Below are positions 60,397 through 64,000 of a stretch of 64,000 nt of DNA, piece by piece. Positions within the stretch are counted from its first letter, which is position 1, and each line of letters begins with the position of its first letter. This DNA is from Patellaria atrata CBS 101060 (taxonomy: Eukaryota), in assembly GCA_010093705.1 (NCBI GenBank), contig MU006090.1, positions 895,817 through 959,816 on the forward strand. Reading direction: 5' to 3'. A program made the translations under genes and the position numbers. A model generated the notes under the pieces. It was not told the origin of the DNA. It made no database searches and saw only the letters and a list, made by a program, of their open reading frames with translations.

Positions 60397-62432
60397 ATGA
60401 GCTTCTCAGCTGCGGATGTTAGCGTTGCTAATGTTCGAAATATTTTACAAAGGGAAAGGCGATTTTCCACATCTAAGGAGCCTACCGAAAATGGTACGTC
60501 GTTGATTTTAAGTTAAAAGTACGACAGAGAATAAACCTGCAGGTATTGAGTATAGTAGATGATGTTTAAGTCTTTTTCTATCCGGGAATATACTACCGTC
60601 CTCCGCTGTTCAATACTTACGTCAATATAGAGCGTAGCTCCGAAATCCATCGTCAATTTCGTGGTTACCATGAGGGCCACAAACCTCATGCAGGTCTTGA
60701 TCCTTCAAGAGCGAGTACTGGAGTGGTGTGGTGTTCTGAACGAGCATACGAACATGGCTATATGGACGATCCTTCCGCCTGGGCAAATTTAGGCCAAGGA
60801 GCTCCAGAAGCCGACGACGATATCGAAGGATCATTCCAACGGCCTAAAACCATACAAATCGATGAGAATGGCAGAGAATACGGACCTACAGCAGGGATCA
60901 AGCCACTGAGAGAAGCAGTTGCTAAGCTATATAACGAGCATCATAGACAACACCATTGGAGTAAATACACGTGGGAAAACGTATGTATAGTTCCTGGAGG
61001 AAGGGCTGGATTGATTAGAATAGCCGCAGTGCTTGGAAATGCGTACCTGGGGTTCTTCATACCAGACTACGTAAGTATTTCATTAAGTAGTTGCATCTTT
61101 GATAGTCATAACACGTTGTAGACTGCTTATAATGAGATGTTGTCGCTCTTCCGAAATGTAGGTTCTCCTGACTAGCTGGATGAAGCATATTATTGACGTA
61201 TCAGTTCACATCCCTCCCTATTCCTCTTTCTCGGGCCGATAAGTATCATATTCATCCAGATAAAGTTGCGGAAGAAGTTGCAAGAGGTAGGATACTGAAT
61301 GAAACGAGGCATAACGGTCTTGAAATACTGAAATGCAAAAAATATAGGAACCTCTGTGATCCTTACCTCAAATCCAAGGAATCCTACAGGAATGGTCATT
61401 ACAAACCCAGAACTTGCTAAGATCCAAGACATTTGTAGAGATCGGGCTACCCTTATTATGGATGAATTCTACGGCGTACGTATTATGCTCTAGCCTTCCA
61501 AATATTTCTCATTGGTGTTTAGGGGTATAATTATACGAGCGATTGCGACGGAAAAGTAGTTTCTGCAGCTGATAACATCAATGACGTGGATTCGGACGGT
61601 GAGTTGATGGAACTTTGGTGTAACTGCTCTTCTCATGAAAAACTGATGTCCTCTGGCTAGATGTTCTTATCATCGATGGTCTCACCAAGCGTTTTCGGCT
61701 GCCCGGATGGCGAGTAGCTTGGATTCTTGGACCTAAAGAGTTCATAAAGGCAATAGGCTCATGCGGTTCCTATCTCGATGGCGGTACAAACGTAATGGCA
61801 ACCCCATCCTTTCTTACTCCTCATCCTCTCTTTTGCGTCTTTCTTTACGTAAAATGCTCTCAACTGACAACCACCCAAGGTTCCATTCCAGCAAGCTGCA
61901 GTAGCTATGCTCGACCCTCCCCTCGTCCGTAAGGAAATGGCAGCTTTGCAGACGCATTTCTTAGCTAAACGCAATTATGTTTTGAAGAGACTGACAGATA
62001 TGGGATTCACGATGTCGTACGAGCCCAATAGCACTTTCTATATCTGGTTGGACCTTCGATGTCTTCCAGAAGCGATAAATGACGGTCTCAATTTCTTCGA
62101 GAAGTGCCTACAAGAGAAGACGATCGTTGTGCCAGGAATATTCTTCGACCTGAACCCGAGTAGGCGAAGGGATTTGTTCGACAGCCCTTGCCATCGTAGG
62201 TATATCCAATTTCGCTCTCCAAGGGACAGGGTTAGCTAATAGATTACCTAGATTATGTTCGAATCTCTTATGGACCTAGGATGGAGGTTCTAGTAAAAGG
62301 AATGGATGCGATTGAGCGGATTGTTAAACAGTAAGAAGATTACTTTCCATTGGACCGTTTATAGCGAGAAAGCTAAGTTATTATCACAGGAACGGTGGCT
62401 GTAAAAAGATGGACGTGACTGACGGCAATTGA
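60397..62432 (+). CDS. PLP-dependent aminotransferase, class I/II (aspartate aminotransferase fold)
   Basis: Ten exons joined in frame by nine GT-AG introns. Motifs NLGQGAPE, YGPTAGIKPLREAVA, SNPRNPTG, MDEFY, DGLTKRFRLPGWRVAW (PLP lysine), YVRISYG. Confidence 0.92.
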
Positions 62433-63625
62433 AAATGAAGCTTCTCAAGCATGAAACTACAAAGAATGACTGAATTAGGGCTAGAGGCCATCATATAGTC
62501 AGTAGAGCAGCGGATGAATGTCCTAAAAGGAGCGCAGAAGTCATCAAACTGTTAGAGTTAGCACCTAGTCCGATGGTACTTATACTTTCATAGACAGTGC
62601 TAAGCTTTGGAACGCTTCCTGTTTCTGATTGTAGAAGGTCGCTTGCAGAGTACAAAATGTTGTTCCGGGTTTGTTTGAAGTGGGGTGAGGTCATTTTGTA
62701 GACTATCAAATGAAGGATCGACGTATTTCTTCGCAGCTTCACCGGTTCTTCACCGTAGAGCCAAAGACCTCGGTTTATATCCTCTCTTCCGGGTACTTCT
62801 ACTCTAAGGGGCAAAGGTGTTAATGACTTAAGGACGAATAAGGAGAGCTTTGAAATGGATGTACTTTTCAAAAACAATTATTACCTTAAGTACTCCATAC
62901 CATAGTTCTATTACTCTAGAATTACTCCAGCGCCGAGGTGCAACCGTGCAAACTCTTTTCCGAGTATTCGTCTCCAACTGCACTTTTCCAGATTAGTGCT
63001 AGCGTTTCGACGGGGAAATATAAACCCGCCCTTTCAAAGATGATAGACAGATCAGCCGCACGACTTCAGCCCCAAGCGCCTGCAACCACACCTACAAGTA
63101 TGCAACCACAAAAGACATCCACCACACAAATTGTAAACAATTTTCGCCGGTCCTGGACTAGACTCAGCCTTTATATGCTTCTTTTTAATCCGTGGCTTGG
63201 CTACAAGCTTTCATGATTCGCTCTATCCACCATGCCCCACGAGTATACGATGGTGTTTTGATTGTCCAGTCCCAAGTAGGAAGCCCTGGAATCAATTCAA
63301 AAGCCAGGGAAGAAGCTTTTACGAAGCTACACGAGATGGCGTCCTTGGGCCCAAGGTGGCTTCACAGGTTGTTCGTGGGCTGAGGTCGCTGGGACCACGT
63401 GCCGGTGAAGCGCAACTCACATTTGAGCCTAGGTGTCGGGTTTATGAACCTCTATCTCCCAATTCCCTCGTCCATGGTGAAGTACTTTCTTTCTGCTAGT
63501 TGTGTGTGGGATATCTACCATCATATCTCTATCTTGCAATCAATTATTGAGCCTCAGGGATCACTCTTATTGTCCCTTCCATCTTCAATCTGGTTCAGTT
63601 CAAAAACTCCGGTTCTTCCGCTGCA

Positions 63626-64000
63626 ATGCAGCCAAACAACTATGTCCCAGTTCTTATGGTTCCCGCTCTCGCAGTAGCTATGCCTTGGGTAGGACCCTCA
63701 CCCACCGAAGCTGTTCAAATCGACCGTTCCCAAGGTTGGAGTCCCGCCCCTACATTTGGAGCTGAACGGATAGAAGACGGCCTCTTCGACCTTTTTAAAC
63801 GCCAGAACAATGATGACTCTTTGAGAACCTGTGGGTGGATAGACGCAGATCCCGCTTCCTCTCTTACCTGCCAGTCTGGGCGAATTTGTGCGACGAATTC
63901 CTTCTATGGAGTTGCTGGGTGCTGTGAGCCTCTGGGACTGGATACCTGCACGCTCTACACCACATGCGTACCTTCGTCCCTGATGCGAAGCTGTACAGCT
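63626..64000 (+). CDS. Secreted or cell-surface Cys-rich protein; 5' part only
   Basis: Open frame to the window end: MQPNNYVPVLMVPALAVAMPWVGPSPT..GWSPAPT..LFKRQ..TCGWIDAD..CQSGRICATN..GCC..C..TTC. Has a signal peptide and a Kex2 KR site. Confidence 0.8.
   Translation, partial: MQPNNYVPVLMVPALAVAMPWVGPSPTEAVQIDRSQGWSPAPTFGAERIEDGLFDLFKRQNNDDSLRTCGWIDADPASSLTCQSGRICATNSFYGVAGCCEPLGLDTCTLYTTCVPSSLMRSCTA

Noticed and set aside
1..64000. CRISPR array, operon or secondary-metabolite cluster
   Set aside because: Spliced fungal genes; no repeat-spacer array and no PKS, NRPS or terpene synthase backbone gene.

Overview
Eukaryotic DNA from a filamentous ascomycete (Pezizomycotina), judged from short introns with CTRAC branch points and fungal gene families. 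It has two 100-N assembly gaps. I assembled 19 protein-coding genes by hand from spliced ORFs: Pho85-family cyclin (5' part only), conserved S/P-rich hypothetical, GPI18/PIG-V, secreted Cys-rich STIG1-like protein, WBP2-like protein, peroxisomal thiolase, FWD-1-like F-box/WD40 protein divergent from CDC24, NRAMP transporter, histidine acid phosphatase, small conserved hypothetical, an Asn-rich multi-zinc-knuckle orphan, secreted DUF3455 protein, a 1266-aa conserved hypothetical, glycerol-3-phosphate acyltransferase, ENA P-type ATPase, a class I/II aminotransferase and a secreted Cys-rich protein (5' part only). Most of the window is housekeeping. The most unusual items are the low-complexity/CCHC orphan (38.3-39.8 kb), a 94-bp TA-flanked foldback element with many matching TA-CNG-TA footprint-like motifs, about 1.15 kb without any AUG upstream of the cyclin, a duplicated splice-acceptor block in a CDC24 intron, and two GC-AG introns. 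All family calls come from motif recognition, not database searches.
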